Sequence record: NZ_CP033968.1
DNA length: 64,000 bases
Reading direction: 5' to 3' (one strand)
From: a plasmid
Position numbers and translations under genes: made by a program. A model generated the notes under the pieces. It worked only from the letters and a program-made list of their open reading frames with translations, was not told the origin of the DNA and searched no databases. Below are positions 18,965-30,285 of this stretch, one piece after another. Within the stretch, counting starts at the first letter, position 1; each line of letters starts with the position of its first letter.

Positions 18965-19489
18965 CTAGGCTGCCAAGCGCGTCGCGAGCGTGGCCCACTC
19001 AATTTTATGCCCCGTGGATGAAAGAAACGCCTCCAGATCCAGCCTGGAAATTGAGAGCGTCGCTGCGCTATCCAAAGGATGAAAGAGGAAGGTCGGCTCG
19101 CCTTGCAGTTCGGCATCGACTACCAGGTCAATGGATGGCTCGACATCGTTGATCAATGCCAGAGGGCTAAGCGAACCTGGGAGCACGCCCAGCATGCCTT
19201 GCATACGTTCGGCAGACGCGAAAGACAGCCTTTTGCTGCCGATGCTCTTTGCCGCGGCGGAGAGATCCAAGGCCTTCTCGGAGGTTGTCACAACGAGGTA
19301 GACATGTCCCTGTTTGTCCTGCAGGAGCAGATTCTTGCAGCGAGTGCCCTCCAATGAAAGTCGGAGTTCACTGGATTCCGCCATGTTGAGCACGCGCTCA
19401 TGATCTTCGTAGGCAAAGGGAATGTTCCTTGCCTTCAGAATCGAAAGTAGTTCTTCCTTTTCAACCATTCTTCTGTCGTCAAAATTCAT
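18965..19489 (-). CDS. YbaK/ProX-family aminoacyl-tRNA deacylase (trans-editing domain)
   Basis: 174 aa; CKNLLLQDKQGHVYLVV...GSLSPLAL matches the YbaK/ProX deacylase fold motifs. Confidence 0.65.
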   Translation of the reverse strand: MNFDDRRMVEKEELLSILKARNIPFAYEDHERVLNMAESSELRLSLEGTRCKNLLLQDKQGHVYLVVTTSEKALDLSAAAKSIGSKRLSFASAERMQGMLGVLPGSLSPLALINDVEPSIDLVVDAELQGEPTFLFHPLDSAATLSISRLDLEAFLSSTGHKIEWATLATRLAA

Positions 19490-19532
19490 TAAAAACCCGC
19501 CGCCATTTCTAGCCTGGCGGCGGTTACACCAC

Positions 19533-20945
19533 TCAGGGGTTGAAGACCGGATGCGAGGCCTTCTTGATCGCCTCGAGGGTTTCCTGTTTTGAAAGCAGGC
19601 CGGTTTCCTCGAGAATGCTCACCAGTGGCCGCCCTTCGGCCACGGACTGGCGGGCAAGTTTGCTGACCTTTGCGTAGCCAATCGTCGGGACGAGCGCAGT
19701 GGCGACTGCCATGGATTCGAGCAGATGCTTCTCGTTACGGGCCACATCTGCCTGGATGCCGACGACGCACTTCTCACCAAATCGCTGGATGCCGTTCTTC
19801 AGAAGCGTGATGCTATCAAAGACGCGGGATGCCACGACGGGTTCAAAATGATTGATTTCCAGTTCGCCATACTGCACGGCTTGCGCGACTGCGACGTCGT
19901 TACCGACCACAGCAAAGCTCAGTTGGATCATCGCCATGGGTAGGACCGGGTTCACCTTGCCGGGCATGATGGACGAACCCGCCTGCGCTTCGGGAAGGCG
20001 CAGTTCACCGACACCACCAACAGGCCCGGAAGACAGTACGGTAAGGTCTGCTGCCACCTTGGCCAGCGAGGTCGCACAGGTGCGGAGTTCTGCCGACACA
20101 CGGGAGAACACGTCCATGTTCTGCATCGCGTCGAACGGGTCCGCAGGCGGCTGGTATTCCACCCCGGTAACGCGGCTGAGGTGCGGATATACTGCAGCGC
20201 GATAGCCTGCCGGGGCTCCGAAGCCCGTGCCGATAGCGGTGCCACCAAGGGGCAGAGTGCGAAGCTTGTCGCGCACTGCGACCAGTTCCTCCGCGAGGCG
20301 ATGGGTCAGGGAGGCATATCCGCCAAAGAGTTGGCCGAGACGCATAGGCTGTGCATCCTGAAGGCACGTTCTGCCGAGGTGCAGAATGTCGGCGAACTCG
20401 TACGCCTTGCGATCGAACAACCGTGCCAACATCCTGACTTCATCGATCAGCGGACCAAGCATCGCGTAGGTCGCGATCTTCATCGCTGCCGGATAGACAT
20501 CGTTGGTCGACTGGGACCGATTGACATGATCATTCGGATGGATGAGCTCGTAGTTACCCGGCTCGCTCCCCATGAGTTGCTGAGCGCGATTGGCAATCAC
20601 CTCATTGAAGTTCATGTTGGTCGAAGTGCCGCCCGATCCTTCCATCAGGTCGACGATGAGCGAGTCGGAAAACGCGCCGCTAACAATGTCATCGCACGCA
20701 CGCGTGATGGCATCGCATTCCTCAGCGGTGATGACGCCCGTGTCGCGATTGGCCAGCGCGGCCGCCCACTTGCACTGGGCAAATGCCGTACTGAACTCAG
20801 GAAAGTGAGCGACGTTCAGAGGCGAGACCGTCAGGTTTTGGAAGCCTCGCACCGTATTCACACCGTAGAGCATGTCGGCGGGGATGCTGACCTCGCCGAC
20901 ATAGTCGCGCTCGGTACGGCCGTCGTTGTTGAGGGTATTACTCAT
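19533..20945 (-). CDS. aspA: Aspartate ammonia-lyase (aspartase)
   Basis: Fumarase/aspartase family with GSSIMPGKVNPV signature, TNMN and NDHVNRSQSTND motifs. GAGGA RBS before the ATG at 20945 (ORF open to 20960). Confidence 0.85.
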   Translation of the reverse strand: MSNTLNNDGRTERDYVGEVSIPADMLYGVNTVRGFQNLTVSPLNVAHFPEFSTAFAQCKWAAALANRDTGVITAEECDAITRACDDIVSGAFSDSLIVDLMEGSGGTSTNMNFNEVIANRAQQLMGSEPGNYELIHPNDHVNRSQSTNDVYPAAMKIATYAMLGPLIDEVRMLARLFDRKAYEFADILHLGRTCLQDAQPMRLGQLFGGYASLTHRLAEELVAVRDKLRTLPLGGTAIGTGFGAPAGYRAAVYPHLSRVTGVEYQPPADPFDAMQNMDVFSRVSAELRTCATSLAKVAADLTVLSSGPVGGVGELRLPEAQAGSSIMPGKVNPVLPMAMIQLSFAVVGNDVAVAQAVQYGELEINHFEPVVASRVFDSITLLKNGIQRFGEKCVVGIQADVARNEKHLLESMAVATALVPTIGYAKVSKLARQSVAEGRPLVSILEETGLLSKQETLEAIKKASHPVFNP

Positions 20946-21936
20946 GGTTTGTCCTCTCATTTAGAGTGATCAGTTTGTCGACCCCACTTCCAATATCCCG
21001 CAGTCGGGGTAGAAGGGAGGTCTCGATGACTTCGCGCGCGATCGTGCACGCGTCTTCGAAAAAGGTGGTGTACTCGTCGCGACGGGCGACCAGATAAAGA
21101 GACCGTTCCAGGCCCATACCTTCCACCACGTGGATCGAGACGCGATCGGCATAGGCGACGGCCTGCAAAAGGCACATGGGGGATGTCAGCGCCCAGCCGA
21201 TTCCCTCGGCCACCATTGAGGTGAGGGCGTCGGCGTTGTCGAGCTCCAGTCGGTTTGGCATCCGCAAGTCGATCCGACGGAGATAGCGATCGACCTGCAT
21301 TCCGACCTGCGAGTTCCGGTTGAACCGGACAATCGGCAGGGCGTTGGCAAGGGGTCGCAGGTCGTCTAGCGTCTTGATCGGATGCCGTTGGTCACGCGGC
21401 GTAATTACCAGATAGCGCTCGGAAAACAAGCGATATCTGACTACCTCGTTGGCGTCCATCAGCGGGTCGCTGGTGACAACCAAGTCAAGGTCTCTTCGCA
21501 ACAGCGCCTCGCCTTGTTGGGGACTCAGACCCGTGCGGATCGAGAGCTGGGACGTCTTGCCGAGCAATCGCTTAATCAGAAGAGAGCCACAGGTTGCAGC
21601 GAATGAGTCCACCAGACCGATACGGAGATCCGGGTTGATGCCGCGCCCCGCTTCGACAACCTGTGCCTTGAGATTTGCGATCTCCTCAGTGAGGATCGCG
21701 CCACGGTTCTTCAACGCGATACCAAAAGGCGTCAAGGACAACGGACGTCGCGTACGGTTCACCAGAATGACGCCCAGGTCGTCCTCCAGTTGCCGGACCA
21801 TCTGGGAGACGCCCGACTGGGAAATGCCCAGGCGGGTTGCTGCGCCGGACATGCTTCCTTCTTCGGCCACTGCTACGAACACCTGCACCGCGTTCATGTC
21901 GATGGGCTTGCTAAAGGACATTTGGTCTCCTTGCAA
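20938..21936 (-). CDS. LysR-family transcriptional regulator
   Basis: N-terminal HTH (FVAVAEEGSMSGAATRLGISQSGVSQMVRQLEDDLGV) plus LysR substrate-binding domain. Same strand as, and 8-nt overlap with, aspA. Confidence 0.85.
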   Translation of the reverse strand: MQGDQMSFSKPIDMNAVQVFVAVAEEGSMSGAATRLGISQSGVSQMVRQLEDDLGVILVNRTRRPLSLTPFGIALKNRGAILTEEIANLKAQVVEAGRGINPDLRIGLVDSFAATCGSLLIKRLLGKTSQLSIRTGLSPQQGEALLRRDLDLVVTSDPLMDANEVVRYRLFSERYLVITPRDQRHPIKTLDDLRPLANALPIVRFNRNSQVGMQVDRYLRRIDLRMPNRLELDNADALTSMVAEGIGWALTSPMCLLQAVAYADRVSIHVVEGMGLERSLYLVARRDEYTTFFEDACTIAREVIETSLLPRLRDIGSGVDKLITLNERTNHE

Positions 21937-21950
21937 CCGGAAGTGTCGTG

Positions 21951-23327
21951 TCAGCGCGCGACGGAGTGGTTCAGGGGCGTGGTGGATGCGACTGGGCGAG
22001 GCTCTTCGGAGTCGTTCGCACCGCCTACGTCCGACAGGTTGTCATTGCCGGTCTCGGGAGCGAGCATGTGGCAGAACACCCCGCCGAACACCAGCACCGC
22101 CACGCACGCGCCAAGCGCTGCGTGAATCCCTACTTGCTGAACGGCAATCGGCAGCAGGAAGGTGCTGATTGCAGAGCCGAATCGGCTGGACGCCACAGCG
22201 AGGCCGACCCCGGATGCGCGCAGATGAGTGGGAAACAGTTCCGGCGGGTAGACGAATTCAAGGTTTGCCGCTGCGGAAAGGACACACGCGAAAACACCGA
22301 AGACGAGCATTGTCCCGATCGGGCCAAAGTGTCCGAATGCGAGGAGAGCCAGCGCGATCGCCGCAAGATAGAACGTCCCGATCAGGAACGCACGGCGTGA
22401 CAGACGATCGATCAGGAGCAGACCAATGATGGCTCCAATGAAGAGCAGGACGTTGTACACGACGCCACCGGCGAAGCTGTCCTTGACCTGGAGGGCCTCA
22501 AGAACACGCGGTGAGAATGTGCCGAGCGCAAAGAACGGAATGACCTGGCACGTATAAAAGACGCAACCCACGAGGGTGTTGCGACGCCAACGAGGCGAGA
22601 ACAGTTGCGCCCAGGCGCCCTTTCGCTGCTGCATTGCCACCGGTTCGGGTTGAACGAGGTCAACCTCCGGTCCGAGCTTGCGACGGACAATTTCCAAGGC
22701 TTCGTCGCGACGGCCCCGCTTCATCAGCCACAGTGGCGATTCGGGAACTCCCATGCGCAACGGGAAAATAAGCAGCGCTGGCAATCCGCTGGCAACGAGC
22801 ATATAACGCCAGGCATCAGGACCCAGGTCGCGCATCATGAAGCCGACAAGGTAAGCGCCCACGTAGCCGGCGGCCCATGCTGCCGCCAGCACGCTCAACA
22901 GACGCCCCCGATAGCGGCGCGGTGCGTATTCGGTGACGAGCGATTTGCTGACCACGTAGTCGGCGCCAAGAATCAGACCGAGCAGCAGCCGCAGGATAAG
23001 CAACTGCGTCGGGGAGGTGACAAAGAACTGCGCTGCCGAGATAGCGGCGAACAAGACCATGTCATAGGCGAAAATCGAGCGTCGGCCATGCTTGTCGGCG
23101 AAGGGACCCGCAAAGATACTTCCGAGGAAGAGGCCAGCGAGCGATGCCGCGCCAAGAAGCCCCATCCACATCGCGTCGAGTTGCAGCGGGCCGGCGGCCA
23201 TGCTTACCGCGATACCGATAATCCCAAGGACGAAGCCGTCGCTGAACTGACCGCCCGTGCCACTGAATGCGACTTGCGCATGAAACCTGCGCAAGGGCAG
23301 GTCTTCCAACAGAACCTTATTACTCAC
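21951..23327 (-). CDS. MFS transporter (metabolite/sugar:H+ symporter family)
   Basis: 12 TM segments and a G.LaD..GRR-like loop (FADKHGRRS). Probable GTG start at 23327 preceded by AGGAGA; the 6-frame ORF is open to 23588. Confidence 0.8.
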   Translation of the reverse strand: MSNKVLLEDLPLRRFHAQVAFSGTGGQFSDGFVLGIIGIAVSMAAGPLQLDAMWMGLLGAASLAGLFLGSIFAGPFADKHGRRSIFAYDMVLFAAISAAQFFVTSPTQLLILRLLLGLILGADYVVSKSLVTEYAPRRYRGRLLSVLAAAWAAGYVGAYLVGFMMRDLGPDAWRYMLVASGLPALLIFPLRMGVPESPLWLMKRGRRDEALEIVRRKLGPEVDLVQPEPVAMQQRKGAWAQLFSPRWRRNTLVGCVFYTCQVIPFFALGTFSPRVLEALQVKDSFAGGVVYNVLLFIGAIIGLLLIDRLSRRAFLIGTFYLAAIALALLAFGHFGPIGTMLVFGVFACVLSAAANLEFVYPPELFPTHLRASGVGLAVASSRFGSAISTFLLPIAVQQVGIHAALGACVAVLVFGGVFCHMLAPETGNDNLSDVGGANDSEEPRPVASTTPLNHSVAR

Positions 23328-23589
23328 AACTGTCTCCTGACTTTCTTCGTAGAGCTGCTGACGCTTGCCGCTGTCGATGCAAGCTTGGAGATCAGTGTAG
23401 TCAGCGAACTTCAGGAAAACAGCATGTGTGATGACACTATTACTCAACGTGATAGTAGTTAGCGCTGGACGTAAAGTTGCGCGTCCAGTATCAGGGTTTA
23501 CGCATGTGTCAGGCGTAAAAAGAAGAAGGGCCGCCTTGTTTGAAGCGGCCCTTAATGCCCTTTGGATTTGGCGCGCTAGCGCGGTCAAT

Positions 23590-23676
23590 AGGTGTGGAAG
23601 TACTCCTGGATGCGCTTCGGATCCTTGGTAAGAGTCAGTGCCAGCATCAGCAGAATGCGGGCCTTCTGCGGGTTCA
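23590..23676 (-). pseudogene. ansB: ansB 3' fragment (last 28 codons of L-asparaginase II), separated from the rest of the gene by the transposon
   Basis: Minus-strand translation [30 protein letters not shown] equals the canonical AnsB C-terminus. It abuts the left transposon terminal repeat. Confidence 0.8.
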
Positions 23677-23722
23677 GAGGGTCGGCCGGAATTCGTGAAA
23701 TTTTCGCCAAAGTGATCTTAAG
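23677..23722 (+). repeat. Transposon terminal inverted repeat, left (Tn3-family type: GGGTC tip ... TTAAG inner end)
   Basis: Direct sequence comparison with 39372..39417. Confidence 0.85.
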
Positions 23723-24051
23723 TATTTGATCCGAAATGAGAAAGCCATTCTCCACCTCGGGCCAAGGTGCCGTTCCCTAGTCTTACTTCGCCTAATCTGA
23801 CGGTGTGGGTATCGTGAAAATCCGCCACACCTCCACATCTCAGCTAACCCGATAATTGGAAAGGAAACTTCGGTTCCGATGCGCGCTAGCGGGGCAGACG
23901 CCGGTGGCTGTCAAGGCAGGGCGGCGTAGCAACTTTGCCGCCGACACCAAGAGCCGAGCAGTGCAGCGCTAGAGTGGCCGTAGTAGCAGCAGCGCGTTCT
24001 TGGTAATCCCATCAAGCTCTGTACATTGTGGGGATTCGACATCAAAATATT

Positions 24052-24934
24052 TCAAGATCCACTCTCATCCGGACGAAGGTGAGCATGCTGTTTAGTGCTC
24101 CATAATTCGGCCCAAGATTGGACTTGCTCTGCTGGCATGGGCTTGGCGACAAAATACCCTTGTGCAACGTCACACCCTATAGCTCCCACGTAGTCCCAGT
24201 CTGCCTGATCCTCTACACCTTCGGCAACGATGCGCAGGCCGAGTCGGTGAGCCAGAGATACTGTAGCCTCTATGATTGATTGGGAAATCGCTTTGCCTTC
24301 ATGGCCGGCATTACGCACGAAACTTCGATCTAATTTAAGTTCAGTGAAAGGGATATCTCTTAATTTGGTCAAAGTCGAATGACCAGTGCCGAAATCGTCA
24401 ATTGACAGGGTTACCCCCATGAGCTTAAGTCGGGCCAGCACTTCAAGCGATACAATCGGGTTAGCCATTATCTGCGATTCGGTAAGCTCGATCGTCAAAC
24501 ATGAGATATCAGCTCCTGCCGCGGCGGCATCCTCCAAGTCATCAAGAAATCCGAATGTGCTAAGGCTTTCCATCTGCACGTTCAGTGCAATCGGCAAGTC
24601 GAAATCCAAGTCCTGCCAGCTTTTCGCCTGAAGGAGCACTTGGGCAAGCATCGACTTGTCCAGTAATCTGGCATGGCCATGAGCCTCAACAGCATTCATA
24701 AATTGCGAGGCTGGCAAAACGCCACCGTGTGAGTGCTTCCATCGTGCCAGCGCCTCAACGCCAACCAGCGTCGCATTCGCCAAGTCGACCTTTGGCTGGT
24801 AATACGCGACAATTTCAGACTCTTCAATCGCGGCCTCCAGATCTGCACTTGTAAAGCGGGGTGCTGGTATCTTGGGCGGACGCCAGGCAGGCCCAAGCCT
24901 TCTATCGCGCAGGACCCTCTCCAACGACGCCTTA
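24052..24934 (-). pseudogene. EAL-domain (c-di-GMP phosphodiesterase) half of an IS-split REC-EAL response regulator (RocR/PvrR-like)
   Basis: EAL signature YQPK....EALARW, ELTES, DDFGTG.S, EGVE...Q. Reading frame is open up to the IS5 insertion point. After removing 918 bp (IS plus one TSD) it is in phase and contiguous with the REC half (...LPKPVTK|ASLERVLRDRR...). Confidence 0.85.
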
Positions 24935-24943
24935 GAGACTGTT

Positions 24944-25732
24944 TCAAAAAGACGGCTCAGCGCGCCTGAAGATGTTCCAGCAGACGAGAGAGCAGCCGAG
25001 TTTTAGGAACGCTTCGTGAATGTCGGCTCGACGTTCGAAGCGAATGCGAAGACGACGAAAGTTGTGAAGCCACGCGTGAGTACGTTCGACAACCCAGCGG
25101 AATTTGCCCAAGCCACTGCCGTGTTCTGTCCGGCGCTTGGCGAGCACCGGTTTGATGCCGCGCTCGCGAAGCCGCTGACGATGCGGCTCGGAGTCGTAGC
25201 CACGGTCTGCGTAGATGACTTTGGGCTTTTGAAGCGGGCGACCGCGCACGCCGCGAATTGGCGGGATCGCGTCGACGAGCGGCAGCAGTTGGGTGACGTC
25301 GTTGCGGTTCGCCCCGGTCAGGATTGCGCTGATGGGGACGCCATTTGCGTCGACGAGGATGTGATGCTTGGAACCTGGTCGCGAGCGATCCGTGGGGTTC
25401 GGACCAGTTTTTCGCCCGCCCCAACGGCTCGCACAGACGATGAATCGACGGCTGCTCGGGAGAAGTCGAGTTCGCCGGCCTCGCGTAACTTCGCCAGCAG
25501 TAGCTCGTGCAATCGCTTCCAAACGCCGGCCTTCTGCCAATCGCGCAAGCGCCTCCAGCAGGTCGGCCCCGACCCGAATCCCAACTTGGTCGACAGGTCG
25601 CACCAGCGTATGCCAGTCTTGAACACGAACAGGATGCCGTTCAGTGCAGCCCGGTTCGAAACCGGGAGCCGCCCTGGATATTTCTTGCGTCGCGGTTTCG
25701 GCGGCGGCAGCAAAGGTTCGATCAGTGCCCAC
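24944..25732 (-). CDS. IS5-family transposase OrfB (DDE domain)
   Basis: 262-aa ORF with DDE_Tnp_1-like motifs (ILVDANG...YADRGYDS...ERTHAWL). Overlaps OrfA in the -1 frame. Confidence 0.8.
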   Translation of the reverse strand: MGTDRTFAAAAETATQEISRAAPGFEPGCTERHPVRVQDWHTLVRPVDQVGIRVGADLLEALARLAEGRRLEAIARATAGEVTRGRRTRLLPSSRRFIVCASRWGGRKTGPNPTDRSRPGSKHHILVDANGVPISAILTGANRNDVTQLLPLVDAIPPIRGVRGRPLQKPKVIYADRGYDSEPHRQRLRERGIKPVLAKRRTEHGSGLGKFRWVVERTHAWLHNFRRLRIRFERRADIHEAFLKLGCSLVCWNIFRRAEPSF

Positions 25733-25761
25733 AGTTCATCATCAATGATCGGCGCGCTCAT
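25318..25761 (-). CDS. IS5-family transposase OrfA (HTH, N-terminal part of frameshifted transposase)
   Basis: 147-aa ORF DDELWALIEPLLPP...GRLPVSNRAALNGILFVFKTGIRWCDL, typical of IS427/IS5 OrfA. Confidence 0.75.
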   Translation of the reverse strand: MSAPIIDDELWALIEPLLPPPKPRRKKYPGRLPVSNRAALNGILFVFKTGIRWCDLSTKLGFGSGPTCWRRLRDWQKAGVWKRLHELLLAKLREAGELDFSRAAVDSSSVRAVGAGEKLVRTPRIARDQVPSITSSSTQMASPSAQS

Positions 25762-25852
25762 CCCCTCGGTTCCAGTTGTTCAGATGGCCAAGGTTAACAG
25801 CTTGCCGAAAAGGTTAACAGCCCCCCGGGGCTCTTTTTGAAACGGTCTCTTA

Positions 25853-26205
25853 GTAACCGGCTTTGGCAAGCTGGCGATAACCTGTAGTCCGTGCAATTTG
25901 GCAAGCTGCTCCGCAGTCTGGAGAATTCCCGCGCCTTCACCGCTGACCAGTAACAGGGCACCGGTATAACCGGCGGCGGAAAGGTGGCGGAGGAATTCGA
26001 TGCCGTCCATTTCGGGCATCTGCAGATCTGCGATCACTAACCGAAATGCACGTGGCTCTTTTTGGATCAGCGCGAGGGCACCATTGGCCCGTTCAAATGT
26101 AGTAACCTTGTCGTAACCAATCTGCTCAAGCTGCCGGCTCAGCAGTCTGAGGCTGAATACATCATCGTCAATAAGAGCAACTTCCGCGGCAAGCGTGGTT
26201 TTCAT
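25853..26205 (-). pseudogene. Receiver (REC) half of the IS-split REC-EAL response regulator
   Basis: ALIDDDVFSLRLLSRQLEQIGY...LVIADLQMPEMDGIEFLRHL...LLVSGEG: phospho-acceptor Asp and the full REC fold. Frame runs into the IS right end, where it terminates. Confidence 0.85.
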
Positions 26206-29200
26206 TGTAAGTTCCTTCCTTCGGCTATCGCTATGCTAGCCTGAATCTCGTGCTGCAATGTTGAAAGTGCATGCGTAACTCGTAATGCCTCGTCCTCGAA
26301 CGATGCAAGAAGCTCGCCCAAGTCCAAATCCTCCTTGCAGGCGCGCTCTATTTGCGTGCAAAGCTCGCCCAAGGACAAAGCGCCAACCGATCGCGAGGAG
26401 GACTTCAACCGGTGAGAGAGGTAGCTGGCCTCGTTGCGGTTATCGTTTCTCAGTGCCTGATGCAGTCTGGGCTGCATCTCTCGCAGTTGTTCAGCATAGG
26501 CAGATAGCAATTCAGAAACGACCTGGGGATCGTCGCCGATCATCTCATGAAGAACAGACACATTCATGGAGCGGTCGTACCCTCTTTGCTCTTCCTGAGT
26601 CAGTACAGCGCCCCGTGACGCAGGCTTAAGCCATCGTTCGAGAGCGGCTTTCAAGCTATTGAGATGCAGTGGTTTGGTCAGGTAGTCGTCCATGCCTGCC
26701 GCTAAGGCACGTTGTTTCTCGCCAAGCATGGCATTGGCTGTCAGTGCCACAATTGGCGTCTCCCCGCCATTGCCCTCGGCATCCCGGATCGCCCCAACTA
26801 GCGCGTAGCCGTCCATGATTGGCATGTGTATATCGGTCAGGATCAGTCCATAGTGGGACCGTCGCCACTCCTCAATCGCTTCGGCACCGTTGTTCACCAA
26901 TTTGGCTTGGTAACCGAGAAGCTCCAATTGAGCACATATCACTTTCTGGTTGATAGGATCGTCTTCAACAACCAGGATCTTGCTAGATTCGGCGGCCGAT
27001 GTCCGATGGTGTTTGGCGGTCATTTCATCGCGCTTGGCAGCAGCGGGTGCTATCGGGAACGAAAGCATCGCTGAAAAGGCCGAACCGATCCCGACCTCAC
27101 TTGTCACCGAGATCTGTCCGCCCATGGCTCTGACTAAACGCTGACAGATCGCCAAGCCCAGGCCTGTACCGCCGTAGCGCCGCGTGGTCGACGCTTCGGC
27201 CTGCGTAAACGGCTCGAACAGATGAGGAATCGCATCGCCTGCGATGCCGATGCCGTTGTCCGTCACAGAGAAAGTGATGGTTTGCGCGGCAGGTTCTCCT
27301 TCGCTGGCTCCAATAACATCGACGCTGATCTCTACAGATCCCGCTACCGTCGGTCGGCCGGTCGAAAACTTGATGGCGTTGCCGACCAGGTTATACAGCA
27401 CCTGACGCAAGCGCGTTTCGTCTGCAAGTACCCATTCAGCCACGTTGTCTGAGACACCACAATGCAGACTGACATCTGCTGCATTGGCCACAGGAAGCAG
27501 GGCAAGATACACTCCCTCCACGACTTGACGCGGTGACACGGGGTTGCTTTCAATTTCCATTCGCCCCGCTTCAATCTTGGAGAAATCGAGGATGTCATCA
27601 ATGAGACGAAGCAGCGTTGCAGCAGACTGGCGGATCGTCGAAGCGATATCGGATTGATTCTCGCTTAGCCCACTGCGACTTAACACCTCGATCATGCCGA
27701 CCACTCCATTCATTGGTGTCCGAATTTCATGGCTCATGGTCGCTAGGAAGGCGCTCTTCGCTCGCGACGCGGACTCTGCCTCGGCTTTGGCGAGCAACAT
27801 CTGGTCACGCGCGGCGCGGATGTCGGTGACGTCACGCGCAATCGCATAAATATACCCATCCGGTTCTCGTACTGCATTCCAGGCCAGCCAACGATATGTG
27901 CCATCCTTGCAGACGTAGCGGTTCTCAAAATGCTCAGCTAGCACTCCGACATTGCTCGAGGCCACAATCTCAAAGGTTCGCGGGCGGTCTTCCGGATGGA
28001 CGAAATTAATATAGGGCTGGCGGGCAATTTCGTCAGATGTCCACCCCAGAACTTGGGTAAAGGCACGGTTCACACGTTTTAGATAACCGTCTTCGCTCGC
28101 GATGCACTGCAAGTCTATCGATAGTTCGAAAAACCGATCCCGCTGGGTTTCGGCCATTCGGCGGGCACTTATATCCTGCAGGAGCACCAGTGCTGAAGAT
28201 TCACCGTCCCAGTCATAAGGCACCGCTGTTACCTCACATTCCAGTAAGGAGCCGTCAAGGCGTATCCAACGCTCCGCGGTGGTTGGCACACTGATGCGCT
28301 GCTTGCGTAGCAAACTAATGCGTGATTTGACCAGGTCACGGTCCGTGCAATGGACTAGTTCGAGGATGTTTCGATCCAGCAGTGCATCAACGGAAGACGC
28401 CCTGAGCATACTGACGGCCATTGGGTTGGCGTAGCAGATCTTGTCGTTGCGTTGCACGATGACGGCATAGGGCAAAAACTCGATGAGTCTGCGATAACGA
28501 TCCTCGCTTGCTTGAAGGGCCTTCTCCGCAGCACGTTCGACGCTGACATCGCGCATCACCAGCACGGTGCCCTGGAAAACCCCGGCATCATTGCGCAGAG
28601 GCGCCGCGCCAAGAATGATGTCAACTGGTGTCCCTCTTGCTGCGCCATGCAGCGTCAAGTCTGAGCGGTTAAGCGGTAGCCCGGTGCGCGAGACCTCGCT
28701 GACGGGATCCACGAAGGTCCCACCATCGTCTGCGCATGTCAAACGCAGTACTTCGGTCACCTGTCTGCCTACCGCCTCGCCCCATCCCAGACCGATGAGT
28801 TGGCTGGCCATGCCGTTTATACGCTTCACGTTTCCCACTGCGTCCGTGGAAATGACCGCATCGCTGATGGCATGCAATGTGATGTGAAGATCCCGCTCGC
28901 TTTCCTGTAAATCGGCGTGGCTGGTGATATCGCGGATGAGCAGCAACGTTCCGCCATCACGGCGCGAATCGACCTGGATTTCATACACAACAGTCGTTTG
29001 ATCGGCGATAGGGAAAATCAGTGTTTGTTTTTCTTCTCCTTGCAGAGCCTCGCAAAGCGACTGTACCTTGGATGTTCGATCGAGGCTGCCGTCATGCCGA
29101 AAGAGCGTTTTGGCAACGCTCTCAATTCGAGTCCCTATCAGTTCTGCCCGGCTAGCCTCTAGAAGCAGCAGCGCATGGCTATTGAGGCCGTCGACGCACC

Positions 29201-29360
29201 CGCCCCTGTCAAATCCCATTGCCGGATAGGGAATCGCCTGGAAAAGTGCATCAATGCGCTCAGCCTTTCCCATTTCACGGTCTCTGGCGGCGTTTGCGGC
29301 GAGCGTGGCGCCGAGCATGCTATCCATCAGGGCGGTCTGCTTTGCACGGGCTGACCTTGC
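26202..29360 (-). pseudogene. Hybrid sensor histidine kinase (PAS x3 - HisKA - HATPase_c - REC - HPt), cytoplasmic part; the N-terminal sensor part is separated from it by an IS3-family insertion (RocS1-like)
   Basis: MSHEIRTPMNGV H-box; HATPase G-boxes ([15 protein letters not shown]); REC (ILVVEDDPINQKV...DIHMPIMDG); C-terminal HPt (SHRLKSSSRSVGA). In-frame translation stays open upstream of Met 29327 all the way to the IS3 boundary, so the native start is missing. Confidence 0.85.
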
Positions 29361-29391
29361 CCCTGTTCCACGAATCCCATAACCGAGGGAA

Positions 29392-30285
29392 TTAGGCAGC
29401 CCGGTGTTGCTGAGCTGCGGACCAGTTTTTCTCGAACGTCATGGGGCTGACGTAGCCCAGCGTCGAGTGGAGTCGGCTGGCATTATAAAAGCCAAGCCAG
29501 TCAATTACCTCGTCCATTGCGGCGCGGCGGGTAGCGAACTGGCGACCGTGCAGGCGAGCGACCTTCAACGACCCCCACAGACTCTCAGTCGGCGCGTTGT
29601 CCCAGCAATCGCCCCTGCGGCTCATTGACGAGCGCATGCCATACGCCTTCAGGGCGTCTTGAAACAGATGGCTGCAATACTGGCTTCCCCGGTCGGTGTG
29701 CACAATCACACCGGCTTCCGGGCGGCGCCGGAACCAGGCCATGCGCAGCGCGTCCGTGACCAATTCGGCCTTCATGTGTGGTTGCATCGACCAGCCAACC
29801 ACCTGCCGGCTGAACAGGTCGATGATGACCACCAGGTAGAGCCAGCCTTCGGCGGTCGCCACATAGGTTATGTCGCTCGTCCAGACTTGATTGGGTGCTG
29901 CTGGGCTAAAGTCGCGTTGCAGCAGATTGGGGGCCACCGGCAAATCGTGGTTCGAGTTGGTTGTCGCGATGTACTTGCGCTTGTGGCGGGCACGGATGCC
30001 GTGCAGCGCCATCAGCTTGCGAACACGCTCCTTGCCCACCCGCACCCCACGCGCCAGCAGTTCCTTCCACATGCGCGGCCAGCCGTACTCCCCCTTGACC
30101 CCGGCGTGAATCGCCTTGATGTGGGCCAACAAGGCATCGTCACTGAGTCGGCCTCTATCTGGCCTGTCGGTGCTTACTGTGCGTTGCTTGCGCTGGTGAT
30201 AGCCGCTGGGGCTGACCCCTAACAGCTCACACAGGACCGAGACCGGCCAGTAACGTCGGTTTCGCTCGATGAACGCATACCTCAC
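29392..30285 (-). CDS. IS3-family transposase OrfB (integrase core)
   Basis: 297 aa; VWTSDITYV...IDLFSRQVVGW...HTDRGSQY...DNAPTES DDE motifs. Confidence 0.85.
   Translation of the reverse strand: MRYAFIERNRRYWPVSVLCELLGVSPSGYHQRKQRTVSTDRPDRGRLSDDALLAHIKAIHAGVKGEYGWPRMWKELLARGVRVGKERVRKLMALHGIRARHKRKYIATTNSNHDLPVAPNLLQRDFSPAAPNQVWTSDITYVATAEGWLYLVVIIDLFSRQVVGWSMQPHMKAELVTDALRMAWFRRRPEAGVIVHTDRGSQYCSHLFQDALKAYGMRSSMSRRGDCWDNAPTESLWGSLKVARLHGRQFATRRAAMDEVIDWLGFYNASRLHSTLGYVSPMTFEKNWSAAQQHRAA

Larger units (their letters stand above)
24935..25849 (-). mobile_element. IS5-family (IS427-group-like) insertion sequence, 915 bp, with 3-bp TTA target duplication
   Basis: 17-bp imperfect inverted repeats GAGACTGTTTCAAAAAG / CTTTTTGAAACGGTCTC. 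Flanking TTA at 24932..24934 and 25850..25852. Two overlapping ORFs (OrfA 25318..25761, OrfB 24944..25732) typical of frameshift-expressed IS5/IS427 transposases. Confidence 0.85.
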